From positions 20,856 through 84,855 of IMG/VR virus record IMGVR_UViG_3300042691_014730: a DNA stretch of 64,000 nucleotides; one strand, 5' to 3'. Below are positions 9,956 to 20,327 of the stretch, piece after piece. The notes beneath the pieces are model-generated. The model ran no database searches and was not told where the DNA came from. It was given only the letters and a program-made list of their open reading frames with translations. The stretch comes from a virus. Taxonomy: Duplodnaviria; Heunggongvirae; Uroviricota; Caudoviricetes. The position numbers were made by a program, and so were the translations under genes. Positions within the stretch are counted from its first letter, which is position 1, and every line of letters starts with the position of its first letter.

Positions 9956-11167
9956 ATGAAACCTTATAAAACGTCAACTGATATAATCGAATCAGTGAAA
10001 CGTAATATATCCTTTCCTATTTCACAAAATACGTTTAGTGAAGAAGATATATTAGCTTTTGCTAATGAGGAAATGGATATTTCTCAAGTACCTAATGTTC
10101 TTCAGTTTCAAGAAAATTACTTCCTTTTTGAGGAAGATATTCCGTTAGTATCTGGTAAAAATAAATACCCTATTCCATCTAGAGCAATAGGAATGAACGT
10201 TAAAGCTGTGTTTTTCAAAGATTCAAATAATAATCTTTATGAAATGACTCAGATTAACGATGATGACTCTCCTTACTTTCAAAGAAATACTGGAAGTGAG
10301 ACAACTGCATATTCTTACTATTTCAAAAATACCGAAATAGTAATATCACAAGGATTTCAAAATACTCCTTCAACTGGTTACTTAACTATTAGATATTATT
10401 TAAGACCTAATAAATTAGTATTAAATGAAAGAGCAGCAGTTTGTACACACTTTATTAAAACTATTACTGTAAATAATACTGGATTAAACGCTGGTGATAT
10501 TGTAACTATTAATGGTGTAGAGTTAGAAGCTGGTACAGATTTCGCTATTGGAGTTAATTCTATAGCCACGGCAACTAATTTAAATACTGCAATAGTTAAT
10601 GCTGGTTTCATAGCCACGAATATTGTTGGAGCTAGTACAACTGAAACAATTACTATTAGATATAAAGTATTAGATATGGAAATATCTTCTGACAATGATT
10701 CTAGTTTAAGTGTTCAACAAACCATTACATTAGAATTTAATTCTGTTCCCGAGAATATCGTGGATGGGATTAAAATTGACTTTTTAGAGACAGCAAGTGG
10801 TCATAGAATTTATAACTACGATATTGAATTAGATTCTGGAGCTGTTGTTGGTAATAAAATAACTTTTGACTTTTCTGATGTACCATCCGATTTTAGAATA
10901 GGTGATTATATTTGTGAACAACATGAGTGTATTATTCCTAATATTCCAGATGATTTACATATTTCTTTAATACATAGAACTTGCGCTCGTGTTTTAGCTT
11001 CAATAAATGATCAAATAGGATTATCTTCTGTTCAATCTAAGATTGGAGAAATTGAAGCAAAACAAGGAACTATGATAGATAATCGTGGTTCTGGTGATCC
11101 TAAGAAAATAGTTAATAGACACTCTTTACTAAGATATGGAAAACATGGTGGCAGAAAGGGTATATAA
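9956..11167 (+). CDS. putative virion structural protein
   Basis: 403 aa. Coupled (ATAATGG) to the downstream giant gene. Confidence 0.4.
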   Translation: MKPYKTSTDIIESVKRNISFPISQNTFSEEDILAFANEEMDISQVPNVLQFQENYFLFEEDIPLVSGKNKYPIPSRAIGMNVKAVFFKDSNNNLYEMTQINDDDSPYFQRNTGSETTAYSYYFKNTEIVISQGFQNTPSTGYLTIRYYLRPNKLVLNERAAVCTHFIKTITVNNTGLNAGDIVTINGVELEAGTDFAIGVNSIATATNLNTAIVNAGFIATNIVGASTTETITIRYKVLDMEISSDNDSSLSVQQTITLEFNSVPENIVDGIKIDFLETASGHRIYNYDIELDSGAVVGNKITFDFSDVPSDFRIGDYICEQHECIIPNIPDDLHISLIHRTCARVLASINDQIGLSSVQSKIGEIEAKQGTMIDNRGSGDPKKIVNRHSLLRYGKHGGRKGI

Positions 11168-14100
11168 TGGCAAGTACTGTAACATTAAAAGCGTCTGGTT
11201 TATTCACTTCAGATAATGAGCTAACTTTGCCAGAAGGAGCTTTAGTTGAAGCTTCTAACGTAGTAATTCAGAACGAAGGTATAATTGAATCTAGGCGTGG
11301 TTATAAGTTATATGGCGACGCTATGCCCTCTATATCAGATAGGGCAAAACAATTAGCATCTTACCGTGAAAGAATTCTAAGACATTTTGGAACAACATTA
11401 CAATATGATGACGGTGATGGTAATTTTACTAGTTATACACTTCCTGTTGAGGAAACTCAGTCAGGATTAAGAATAAAGTTTACTGAATCAAATGGTAACT
11501 TATATTTCACTACAAGTACAGGTATTAAAAAGCTTTCAGCTAAAACTTCAAACGATCTTTCTTTAATAGAGATCGAATCTGCTGGTGCAATAAAAGCACT
11601 AGACATGACTGCAACTCCTATTTATACATTTGGTAATCAATCTGGATTCATGGCTCAAGATAGCGTTGTTGCATATAGAGCGTTATGGGCAAAGAAAGAT
11701 ATAAATAATAACCTATTAAGAGGAACTCCTAGTTCAACTACCACAGTATATAATTCTCTTTTAACTCTATTAATTCAAGACTATTTAAATGTTTTGGGTG
11801 CTCTAGATGATGTTACAGACAATACTGAATCAAGTAGAGTGTCTGATGGTGATTATGTTGATTCCTTAAAAGTTCCAATAACAGCAGACGCTTTAACTTT
11901 AAAAAATAATTTAGTTGCATTAGCTGCTAAAATAGATAATGACATATTATTAGCTGATGATGTTGCTTCTGCTACTCTTCAAATTGCTTCTTCTTCAGTA
12001 ACTGGTGGAGTTTGTACTGTTCATTTCGTTGCTGGACAAACAGAGTCTAATTATTTTCAAGTAGGTGATAGAATAAGGTTGTCCGGGTTTACTGGAATTG
12101 AAGAAGAAAGAGAAGTTGTATCTGTAGATGATGGAGCTAATCATGTTACATTTTTAACTTCAGCAGCAAATGGTTCAGTTTCATTGACTTCTCCTACTAT
12201 TTATTCAAATACTTTCCGTTCAATAACACAACCTTCCGATCCAACTATCCCCACACCGAATAATGATTTATTAGAACTCCAAGATTATCTAGACACAATC
12301 ATTACTGAATTACAAGATATTAGAGATACATCTATCACCGCATTGAATAAAACTAATTACATTGATATGTTAGATATAACAACAAGTGTTAATGTTGAAT
12401 TAAATGTAAATATTCCTTTAGACATAGACGATCAGTATTTTCTTCAGATATATAGAACAGATGTTTATCAGGCAACTGGAGTATCAACATTAGACGATAT
12501 TATTCTTCCTTCTGAATTTCAATTAGTTTATGAAGCTTATCCTACTCCAGATGAAATTACTGCTGGATTTATGATAGTAGAAGATATTCGTCCAGATGAA
12601 TTAAAAGAATCTAATTTATATACAAATCCATCCACTGGAGAAGGAGAGTTACAAGCCAATGATATTCCTCCTTTCGCTAAAGATATAAATAGATTTAGAA
12701 ATCACGTATTTTATGCTAATACTAGAACTAAACAAAGAATGTTTTTAAATTTATTAGGAGTCGATATATTAAGAGATAATATAATGACAAATACTCCTAA
12801 ATTAACTATATCAAATGGAACAGATTCAAATACCTATACTTTTGTATTGGGTGAAAAAGAAAGTTTCGATATAACAGTAACAAATGGTGCGTCTTTAGTC
12901 ACAGGTGCAACTGCATTATATTCAGATATTCCTTCTATGTCTGGAGATGTTTTTAGATTCTGGTTTAATACTGGAACCGAAACCGCTCCCTCTGTAACTA
13001 CACAAATACTAAAAGAGGTTAAAGTTGGTTCAACAGACGCTAATACTGTCGTGGCTCAAAAGTTTGCAGACAAGATATCTTTATTGGTTAATGATTTTTT
13101 AGTAACAGTGTTAAGTAACGTTGTTACAGTTTTACAAAATAAAATAGGTACAACAAATACTACTACGTCTGTAATAGAAGGAACTAGCCCATTTACTGCT
13201 GTAATAACTGCTGGTGTAGGTGAAGATGCTTTAACTAGAACAGTTGTCATATCTGATTCTTTGTCTTCTGGTAGAGCGACAGATGAAACAGCTAGAAGCT
13301 TTGTTCGAGTTATTAATGCTAATCCAAATGAATCAATTAGAGCATATTATTTATCAGGAACTGCTGATATTCCAGGAAAATTATTTTTTGAATCAGAAGA
13401 TTTAAGTTCTGATCCATTTTATATTATAGTCAATAGTGATATCACATCTATTGCGTTTGATCCTGATTTTACTCCAGAGAACTCAATATCTACTATTTCT
13501 GTCGGTTCTCAAACAACAATAACTTCAACTAATCCACATCAATTAACTCAAGGTGACTTTGTTTTAATTACTGATACAGACGCTACACCAGCTATAAATG
13601 GACAATCTCCGTTAGATGGGTTATTTGAAGTAATAGAGGTATTAAGTTCAACACAATTCGTTATTGATGTTAATACATCTTCTGCTGTTAATCAAGGTGT
13701 TTTTTCAAGAGCTTCCTATTCTCAGTTTTCAGAAAATGAAGTTAAACCTAATAGAATATACTATTCAAAGTTTTCTCAACCAGAAGCAGTTCCGTTAGTT
13801 AATTACTTTGACGTTGGTGCGGAAGAGAAAGAAATTTTAAGAATATTTCCTTTAAGAGATTCTTTATTCGTTTTTAAAGAAGATGGAGTTTACCGTGTTT
13901 CAGGAGAGACTGCTCCATTTAATGTTGGACTATTCGATAATACTTCACGATTAATCGCTTCTGATAGTTTAGGTTTATTAAATAATCTTATTTTCTGCTG
14001 GACAAAACAAGGAATTGTTGCTGTTTCAGAAGGTGGTATTGAAATTATAAGTAAACCAATAGATGATCAAATTTTAAAACTAGGTTCAAGTATATATGAA

Positions 14101-15468
14101 AATTTTAATACTGCTACTTTCGGTGTTGGATATGAGTCTGATAATAGCTATATGGTCTGGACGGTTGTAGACACATCAGATGAAATAGCTCAAATATGTT
14201 TCAGATACTCAACTTTAACTGGTACTTGGACTACTTTTGATAAATCAAACACTAGTGCTATAGTTAGTCCAAATCTAGATATTTTATTCTTAGGAGCAGG
14301 AGATACTAACCATTTAGAAGAAGAAAGAAAAACTTTTACTAGATATGACTTTGCTGATAGAGAATTAGATTTTACACTTTCAAATAATAAATATAATAAA
14401 GGTGTTATCTCTCTACCTACTGTATCAGGAATTGAAGTTGGAGATGTTGTAGTACAAGAACAATATGTTTCTTTATATGAATTCAATATGCTTTTAAAGA
14501 AATTAGATATTGATCCTAGTGTAGCTGATACTAACTATGAATCTTTATTACAAATAAATGCTGGTGAGAACTTAAGAGATCACCTAGAAGACTTAGCTGA
14601 TAAATTAGACTTAGATACTGGTGTAACCTTCACTAACTATAAATCAAGAATTAATAGTTTCTCTGGAACAATAACTAATATCCAAGCTGGTGATGAGACG
14701 ATTATTACAACAAGTGCTTCACATAATCTTCAAAATGGAAGAATAGTTAGAATAGTAAATTCTGATTGTGATCCTATTATAGACGGAGACTACGAAGTTA
14801 CTGTTTTATCCTCTACTACTTTTAAAATAGACAAAAGAACTATTGTTAACGGAACCTCTGGTGACTGGAATACAGTAATAACTGATTTAAAAGATATTAA
14901 AACTTGTTATAATTTAATAATTAGTAACTTAAACAACGATACAGGCGTTTCATTCTCTAATTATACTCAAGCGACAAATACTACAATACAAGAAGCAATC
15001 ATTACTAAAGTGGACACAGTTAAAAAACAAATTACTTTAAATTTAGATATTGACTTCTATGTTGGAGATTTTGTAGTGTATAAGAGTATTAAAACTACTT
15101 TTACTTATGGTCCAAACTTAATGGGTGATCCTATTAATTGGAAACATGTTAGAGAATTCACTCTAATGTTCAAAAGTAAAGCTTTAACTTCTGCTTCTGT
15201 TGCATTCGGTACTGATTTATTACCTGAATTCGTATCTGTTGATTTCGACTTAGATGGGAATGGTATATTTGGATTCTTACCTTTTGGTACAGGATTCTTT
15301 GGTGGATCATCGAACTCTGCACCATTTAGAACAACAATACCAAGAAATGCTCAAAGATGTAGATTTATTTCAGTTAAATTCAATCATTCAATTGCTAGAG
15401 AACAATATAAGATATTTGGTATTACTTTAACATTTGAAAATCTTTCAAGTACTAGGGCTTATAGATAA
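11167..15468 (+). CDS. large virion structural protein (putative tail or nozzle component)
   Basis: 1433-aa ORF with AAAGGG RBS. Size and position are typical of podovirus tail tube/nozzle proteins or myovirus baseplate proteins. Confidence 0.45.
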   Translation: MASTVTLKASGLFTSDNELTLPEGALVEASNVVIQNEGIIESRRGYKLYGDAMPSISDRAKQLASYRERILRHFGTTLQYDDGDGNFTSYTLPVEETQSGLRIKFTESNGNLYFTTSTGIKKLSAKTSNDLSLIEIESAGAIKALDMTATPIYTFGNQSGFMAQDSVVAYRALWAKKDINNNLLRGTPSSTTTVYNSLLTLLIQDYLNVLGALDDVTDNTESSRVSDGDYVDSLKVPITADALTLKNNLVALAAKIDNDILLADDVASATLQIASSSVTGGVCTVHFVAGQTESNYFQVGDRIRLSGFTGIEEEREVVSVDDGANHVTFLTSAANGSVSLTSPTIYSNTFRSITQPSDPTIPTPNNDLLELQDYLDTIITELQDIRDTSITALNKTNYIDMLDITTSVNVELNVNIPLDIDDQYFLQIYRTDVYQATGVSTLDDIILPSEFQLVYEAYPTPDEITAGFMIVEDIRPDELKESNLYTNPSTGEGELQANDIPPFAKDINRFRNHVFYANTRTKQRMFLNLLGVDILRDNIMTNTPKLTISNGTDSNTYTFVLGEKESFDITVTNGASLVTGATALYSDIPSMSGDVFRFWFNTGTETAPSVTTQILKEVKVGSTDANTVVAQKFADKISLLVNDFLVTVLSNVVTVLQNKIGTTNTTTSVIEGTSPFTAVITAGVGEDALTRTVVISDSLSSGRATDETARSFVRVINANPNESIRAYYLSGTADIPGKLFFESEDLSSDPFYIIVNSDITSIAFDPDFTPENSISTISVGSQTTITSTNPHQLTQGDFVLITDTDATPAINGQSPLDGLFEVIEVLSSTQFVIDVNTSSAVNQGVFSRASYSQFSENEVKPNRIYYSKFSQPEAVPLVNYFDVGAEEKEILRIFPLRDSLFVFKEDGVYRVSGETAPFNVGLFDNTSRLIASDSLGLLNNLIFCWTKQGIVAVSEGGIEIISKPIDDQILKLGSSIYENFNTATFGVGYESDNSYMVWTVVDTSDEIAQICFRYSTLTGTWTTFDKSNTSAIVSPNLDILFLGAGDTNHLEEERKTFTRYDFADRELDFTLSNNKYNKGVISLPTVSGIEVGDVVVQEQYVSLYEFNMLLKKLDIDPSVADTNYESLLQINAGENLRDHLEDLADKLDLDTGVTFTNYKSRINSFSGTITNIQAGDETIITTSASHNLQNGRIVRIVNSDCDPIIDGDYEVTVLSSTTFKIDKRTIVNGTSGDWNTVITDLKDIKTCYNLIISNLNNDTGVSFSNYTQATNTTIQEAIITKVDTVKKQITLNLDIDFYVGDFVVYKSIKTTFTYGPNLMGDPINWKHVREFTLMFKSKALTSASVAFGTDLLPEFVSVDFDLDGNGIFGFLPFGTGFFGGSSNSAPFRTTIPRNAQRCRFISVKFNHSIAREQYKIFGITLTFENLSSTRAYR

Positions 15469-15881
15469 TGAAACTCCCTAACTTTAAAAGAATACTGAGT
15501 ACTGACTTTCAGGATGAGTATAAAGGACTCGTTAATAAGTTAGCTGTTTCTATTAATGATGGTTTAGAAAGTGTTTATAATGCTTTAAATAAGAGATTAA
15601 CACTTAAAGATAATATCCAATGTACAGTTAAAAGCGTTCAGATTTCAGTTAATTCTAACGGAATTCCATCAACTACTACAACTTTCCAAGTAGATGTTCC
15701 AAATACTAAAGTAGAGGGGTGTATGGTTATTAGTGCAATTAATCAAACAAATCCAGGTACTTATCCTACTGCTGGAGTATTCGTATCGTTCACACAATTA
15801 GAAAATAATATAAGAATAGACCATGTTACAGGGTTACAGGCTAATGCCTCGTATTCATTGAAGATTGTAGCATTCAATTAA
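15468..15881 (+). CDS. hypothetical structural protein
   Basis: ATGA overlap with the upstream gene. Confidence 0.35.
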   Translation: MKLPNFKRILSTDFQDEYKGLVNKLAVSINDGLESVYNALNKRLTLKDNIQCTVKSVQISVNSNGIPSTTTTFQVDVPNTKVEGCMVISAINQTNPGTYPTAGVFVSFTQLENNIRIDHVTGLQANASYSLKIVAFN

Positions 15882-15893
15882 CAACTATTATAG
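15877..15893 (+). promoter_or_regulatory. late-motif box ATTAACAACTATTATAG
   Basis: 16 nt upstream of ATG 15909. Confidence 0.45.
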
Positions 15894-15908
15894 GTCTTCG
15901 GAGATTAA

Positions 15909-17585
15909 ATGGGTCCTATTATCGATAATAAATTTAAGCAACCTCAACAGAATCCTCAACAAAGAAGAGGAACTGGATTTACTAATCTTAATAAAATACT
16001 TAATGCTCAACAAGGAAGTAAAGTAGGTTCTGCTGTTTCAGGAGGAATTAGTAACGTTGCTCAACAAGCAAGAGCAGGAACTGAATCCGCTAAACAAGAG
16101 TTTGGTCAAAAAGCTGAACAATCTAGAGTATCTTCTTCTCAGCAAGGACAAGAAAAATCACAAGGATTTGTTAGTAGATTTGGTGTTCCAGCTCAACCAG
16201 CAACTCAACAACCAGGTCAACCTTCACAACCTAATAACGATCAAAGAGAGGTTGTAGCTAATGACAGATTAAATAATATGAATAGGGATGTTGGAACTAG
16301 ATCAGATGCATTAGCTGAACAAAGAAGAATTACAGCTGGATTAGGTCCTATTCAAGAAGCAGCAGTATATGAAGGTGATTTTCAAGCATTAACTGATGAA
16401 GAAATTGCTGATTATCAAAAACTTACTGCAGGAACATATGCTGGTCCAAGAGATTTACAAAATCAAGAACAATTATTAGCTAAAGCGCAAAGAGCTGAAA
16501 CTTTAGGCGGATTAACTCAATCTTCTGGTGGAAGAGAAGAACTTCTTAGACAATTTGTCGGTGGAGGTCAAGGATATACTTCAGGTATGAGTAAATTAGA
16601 TCAGTTAATACTTGGTAAACAAGGTAATTTAACTGGTGCCAGAAGAGAGACAAGAGGACAAATGCAAGATGTTTCACAAGCTGCTCAGTCTGCGAGAAAC
16701 CTTGCTTCACAAATCGAAGGACAAGAAAAAGCTGCTTCTGAAAAATTAAAAGCAGATATTGCAGGAATTGGTACAACTATTTCTGGTGATATTGAAAATA
16801 GATTTAAGTCAGCAGAACAATTCGAACAAAATAGAGCAAAAATAGCAACAGAGTTACAAAACTTTAAAGGAAATTCGGATCAATTAGGTCAATTTTTATT
16901 TGATAAGGGATTGATTGGACCACAGCAATTAGAACAAATAAATGCAATCGACAAAGCAAATAAAATAGCAGCTGGATTAGCTGAACATGAACACGGATTA
17001 AAAGATAAAAATAAATATACAGAATCATACTATAAAGATAAATTAAATGAATTTATCACCCAAGGATCATCCGCTTCTCAAAATTTATCACAAGCTGGTG
17101 TAACTTCTGCTGAACAAGCAGCTAGATTACAAGCATTACAACAATTAGGTGCTGGTCAATTTCAGCAGTATTTAGGAGATGACATTAATAAAGTAGGTTC
17201 TTTTCAAGCGGGTAAAGTAGGTATTAGCGATAAATCTCTTAATAGTTACTTACAAGGTTTATCTAAAGATTTATACAAAGCTGAGTTAGATAGAATAAAT
17301 GACCAAATGGATAAAGGCGAATTTGCTAGAAAAGAATCATCTAGACAAATAACTCCAGGAATAACGAGTTATTCTTTTATTGATTCAGGAAAAGAAGATA
17401 TATACGCAGATTACAGAAATCAATTAAAACCATTTGATGAATATGGTGATTTGAGCAGTCTAGTTAATCTTATTTCTGGAAGCAGAGCAAGTACTAAAAA
17501 ACAATTAGAAGATAATTTAAAGAGACTACAAGAACAAGGTTATGACGTTAATCAAGAAAGATATTATGATTTTTATAAGAACTAG
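15909..17585 (+). CDS. Q-rich putative internal virion protein
   Basis: 558 aa, Gln/Ala-rich low complexity. GGAG RBS. Late-motif box upstream. Confidence 0.4.
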   Translation: MGPIIDNKFKQPQQNPQQRRGTGFTNLNKILNAQQGSKVGSAVSGGISNVAQQARAGTESAKQEFGQKAEQSRVSSSQQGQEKSQGFVSRFGVPAQPATQQPGQPSQPNNDQREVVANDRLNNMNRDVGTRSDALAEQRRITAGLGPIQEAAVYEGDFQALTDEEIADYQKLTAGTYAGPRDLQNQEQLLAKAQRAETLGGLTQSSGGREELLRQFVGGGQGYTSGMSKLDQLILGKQGNLTGARRETRGQMQDVSQAAQSARNLASQIEGQEKAASEKLKADIAGIGTTISGDIENRFKSAEQFEQNRAKIATELQNFKGNSDQLGQFLFDKGLIGPQQLEQINAIDKANKIAAGLAEHEHGLKDKNKYTESYYKDKLNEFITQGSSASQNLSQAGVTSAEQAARLQALQQLGAGQFQQYLGDDINKVGSFQAGKVGISDKSLNSYLQGLSKDLYKAELDRINDQMDKGEFARKESSRQITPGITSYSFIDSGKEDIYADYRNQLKPFDEYGDLSSLVNLISGSRASTKKQLEDNLKRLQEQGYDVNQERYYDFYKN

Positions 17586-17594
17586 GAGAATATA

Positions 17595-18581
17595 ATGGAC
17601 CCACTTACCGCCGCCGCAGTATCAACTGGAGTATCAGTTATTGGAGGTATAGCAGCAAATGCTTCTGCATCTGGTGATAGAAATAGAGCTAATGAATTAG
17701 CAGGACAAGCACTGAGTGTCTTAAAAGATATGGGATATCCTCCTGATCTATCTCGTAAGATAGTTTTTGAACAATTTACTCAACAAGGAGTAATGACTCC
17801 TGAGTTAGAACAAGAATTATCTGCCGGTCCTTCAAGATTTGAACAAGTTCAAGAAGCTCCAGAAATGAGATTAGCTCAACTTGAAGCTTTACAAGCATTA
17901 CAACAAAGAGGTAAAGCAGGATTAGGAGCAGAAGATAGAGCTGCTTTAAATCAATCACGTAGAATGGTTCAGAAAGACGCTGAAGCAAAAAGACAGCAAA
18001 TATTAATGGATATGCAAGCTCGTGGACAATCTGGATCAGGAGCTGAATTAATCGCTCAATTAGCTGGTAATCAAGCAGCACAAGAAACACAATCACAAGA
18101 ATCTGATAGACTAATGGCTCAAGCTGCTCAAACAGCTTTACAATCTATGCAAAATGCTGGGACACTTGGTGGACAAATTAGAGAACAAGATTACGGTGTG
18201 ATGTCAGATAAAGCAAGAGCTGCTGATCAAATGAGTCAATTTAATACTCAATTATCTGCTGGAAGGCAACAAAGAAATGTTGGTGCTATTAATGAATCAA
18301 GAGCTGCTAATTTAGCAGAAAAACAACGATTAGCTGATATTAATATTAAAACTCGTAATGAAGAAAGACTAAGACAACGTGCATCTGAACAAGATGAATA
18401 TAGACTGAATATGGATAGAGCTAGGTTATTATCTGGTGGATATCAAGACGCAGCAACTACTGCACAAGCTAGAGGAGACGCAACAGCAGCTCAAACTATG
18501 GGTGTAGCAAATGCAATCGGTGGTGGTGTTAATTCTTATATGAAATGGAAAAAAGACGAAAAAAATGCCAGCGAAGACTAA
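17595..18581 (+). CDS. coiled-coil Q/A-rich putative internal virion protein with N-terminal hydrophobic segment
   Basis: AGGAG RBS. N-terminal hydrophobic segment LTAAAVSTGVSVIGGIAANA. Confidence 0.4.
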   Translation: MDPLTAAAVSTGVSVIGGIAANASASGDRNRANELAGQALSVLKDMGYPPDLSRKIVFEQFTQQGVMTPELEQELSAGPSRFEQVQEAPEMRLAQLEALQALQQRGKAGLGAEDRAALNQSRRMVQKDAEAKRQQILMDMQARGQSGSGAELIAQLAGNQAAQETQSQESDRLMAQAAQTALQSMQNAGTLGGQIREQDYGVMSDKARAADQMSQFNTQLSAGRQQRNVGAINESRAANLAEKQRLADINIKTRNEERLRQRASEQDEYRLNMDRARLLSGGYQDAATTAQARGDATAAQTMGVANAIGGGVNSYMKWKKDEKNASED

Positions 18582-18726
18582 AAAACAATTTAGATTCATG
18601 AAAGCAGTTGAGAATAATCCAAAATTTGCTAAAAAAGTAGGAGTGTCTCAAAAGGTAGCTGAGGAATTTACAAAAGAAAATAAAGGCAAAAGAAGATTTA
18701 GTAAATTGTTAGGAAAAGCGAGATAA
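18565..18726 (+). CDS. small basic protein (53 aa) missed by the ORF track
   Basis: ATG at 18565 to TAA at 18724-18726, giving MPAKTKKQFRFMKAVENNPKFAKKVGVSQKVAEEFTKENKGKRRFSKLLGKAR. Fills an otherwise empty 150-nt gap. Confidence 0.4.
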   Translation: MPAKTKKQFRFMKAVENNPKFAKKVGVSQKVAEEFTKENKGKRRFSKLLGKAR

Positions 18727-18730
18727 TATT

Positions 18731-19525
18731 ATGGCTGATAGAAGAGAATTACAAAAAGAGTTAAATCGCATTAATGAATTATACCAAGAGTATGATTTAC
18801 GAATGAGAAAGGCTGGGGCTTCAGATGAAGAGCGACAAAAAATGCGTGACATGATGAACGCAAAAAAACAAGAAGTAATTTCTCAAATGGGAGACGATTT
18901 ACAAAAATTAAATCAAACTGGTAAGCAAACTATTTCAGGAGGCACGGTTAGTAAAGGGTTGAGTCAATCTGGTATTCCTGATGCTCCTGGTGCTAGTAAA
19001 TTCAAAAACCTACTTAAAAAAGCTGCTCCAGCATTAAAAGCTGGCGGTAAAGCACTTCCTGTTGTCGGAGCAATCGCTGCTGGACTAAGTTCAGACGATG
19101 CTGCCGCTGCCGGAATGGATATATTTATTCCAGGTGGACTAGAAGGAACTGGACCTCAGAAAGGTTCTGAAGATTACGCTTTAGAAAAGGGAATGATAGA
19201 TGAATCTTTAGGAAAAAGTCTTTTTGAAAACCAAAAACAAGGTTTACAAAAATCATATTCTGACGATACTCCTGAAATACAACAAGCTAGAATAGCTGCT
19301 CTTAAAAAATTAAAAGATAAAGAGATGGCTATGTTTAAAGAAAAAACATTAAGAAATAGAGATGAAGAAATTCTAGAACAAGAATCATCAGGAGTTGGTT
19401 CGTATTTTTCTCCAGAAAACAGAGGTTCTTTACAAACTGCTGAAACTGTAAAACAACAACTTGAACAAAATAAAAGAGATAGAGATCTAACTGAATATTT
19501 AGGAAAAAAAAGGACAATGAGGTAG
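18731..19525 (+). CDS. hypothetical structural protein
   Basis: 264 aa, charged and coiled-coil. Confidence 0.4.
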   Translation: MADRRELQKELNRINELYQEYDLRMRKAGASDEERQKMRDMMNAKKQEVISQMGDDLQKLNQTGKQTISGGTVSKGLSQSGIPDAPGASKFKNLLKKAAPALKAGGKALPVVGAIAAGLSSDDAAAAGMDIFIPGGLEGTGPQKGSEDYALEKGMIDESLGKSLFENQKQGLQKSYSDDTPEIQQARIAALKKLKDKEMAMFKEKTLRNRDEEILEQESSGVGSYFSPENRGSLQTAETVKQQLEQNKRDRDLTEYLGKKRTMR

Positions 19526-19528
19526 TTT

Positions 19529-20296
19529 ATGTCAGATTATAAAAAACAAATACAAGAAAAAAATGCAGAAGCATCTCAAAAAGCAAGAGAAAGACTTAAG
19601 AAAGAAATAGAGCTTAGAAAGTATTTAAGAGATAAAAATGCTATCGAATTACAAGATAGAAAAGATATGAGAGACCTATTAAATATTGAATACGATGTTG
19701 ATGATTATGATATAGATGATTCTAATCAAAGAAAATATAATGAAATGACTGGTCTTCCTGATCAAATGACTAAAAAAGAAGCAGAAGATTATTCTAAGTT
19801 ATATCAAGAAGAATTACACGATGAAATGGTTAAAAGGGGAGAATATCCAGAATTAAGAGCGGACAATACTCCTAGAAAGTCAGATTTTTCTGCTGACCAG
19901 GTTCTTAAAGAAAGAGATGACTTTTTTAAGAAAGCAGATAGCGTAATTAATAAAACAGATAGAATTCAAAATCCAATAGTTAAGGAAGCTTTAGAACAAA
20001 GAATGGCTAAAAAAGCAGCGGAAATTGGAGCTAAAAAAGCAGGAAAATTAGGTTTATTACCTCTATTAACTGGTGGTGCTGGTCTTCTTTATTCAGGTCT
20101 TAGTGAGGCATCGGATGCTCCAGAAGCTGGTTCAAGTCAAAGTTCATTGTCTAGAAAGTTAGAATCAGGAAATAGATTGTCACCAGAGGAATATGAAAAG
20201 TTAGGAACTGAAGAAGATGTTGACACAGAAGACCTTGAAAAAAGAGCAAAAAAAGAAGCTATGTTACGTTACTTTAGCAACAAAATGAGTAGATAA
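19529..20296 (+). CDS. hypothetical structural protein (highly charged)
   Basis: GAGGT RBS. 255 aa. Confidence 0.4.
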   Translation: MSDYKKQIQEKNAEASQKARERLKKEIELRKYLRDKNAIELQDRKDMRDLLNIEYDVDDYDIDDSNQRKYNEMTGLPDQMTKKEAEDYSKLYQEELHDEMVKRGEYPELRADNTPRKSDFSADQVLKERDDFFKKADSVINKTDRIQNPIVKEALEQRMAKKAAEIGAKKAGKLGLLPLLTGGAGLLYSGLSEASDAPEAGSSQSSLSRKLESGNRLSPEEYEKLGTEEDVDTEDLEKRAKKEAMLRYFSNKMSR

Positions 20297-20312
20297 TAAA
20301 CAACTATAATAG
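20296..20312 (+). promoter_or_regulatory. late-motif box ATAAACAACTATAATAG
   Basis: 16 nt upstream of ATG 20328. Confidence 0.45.
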
Positions 20313-20327
20313 AAATATAGGTAAATA

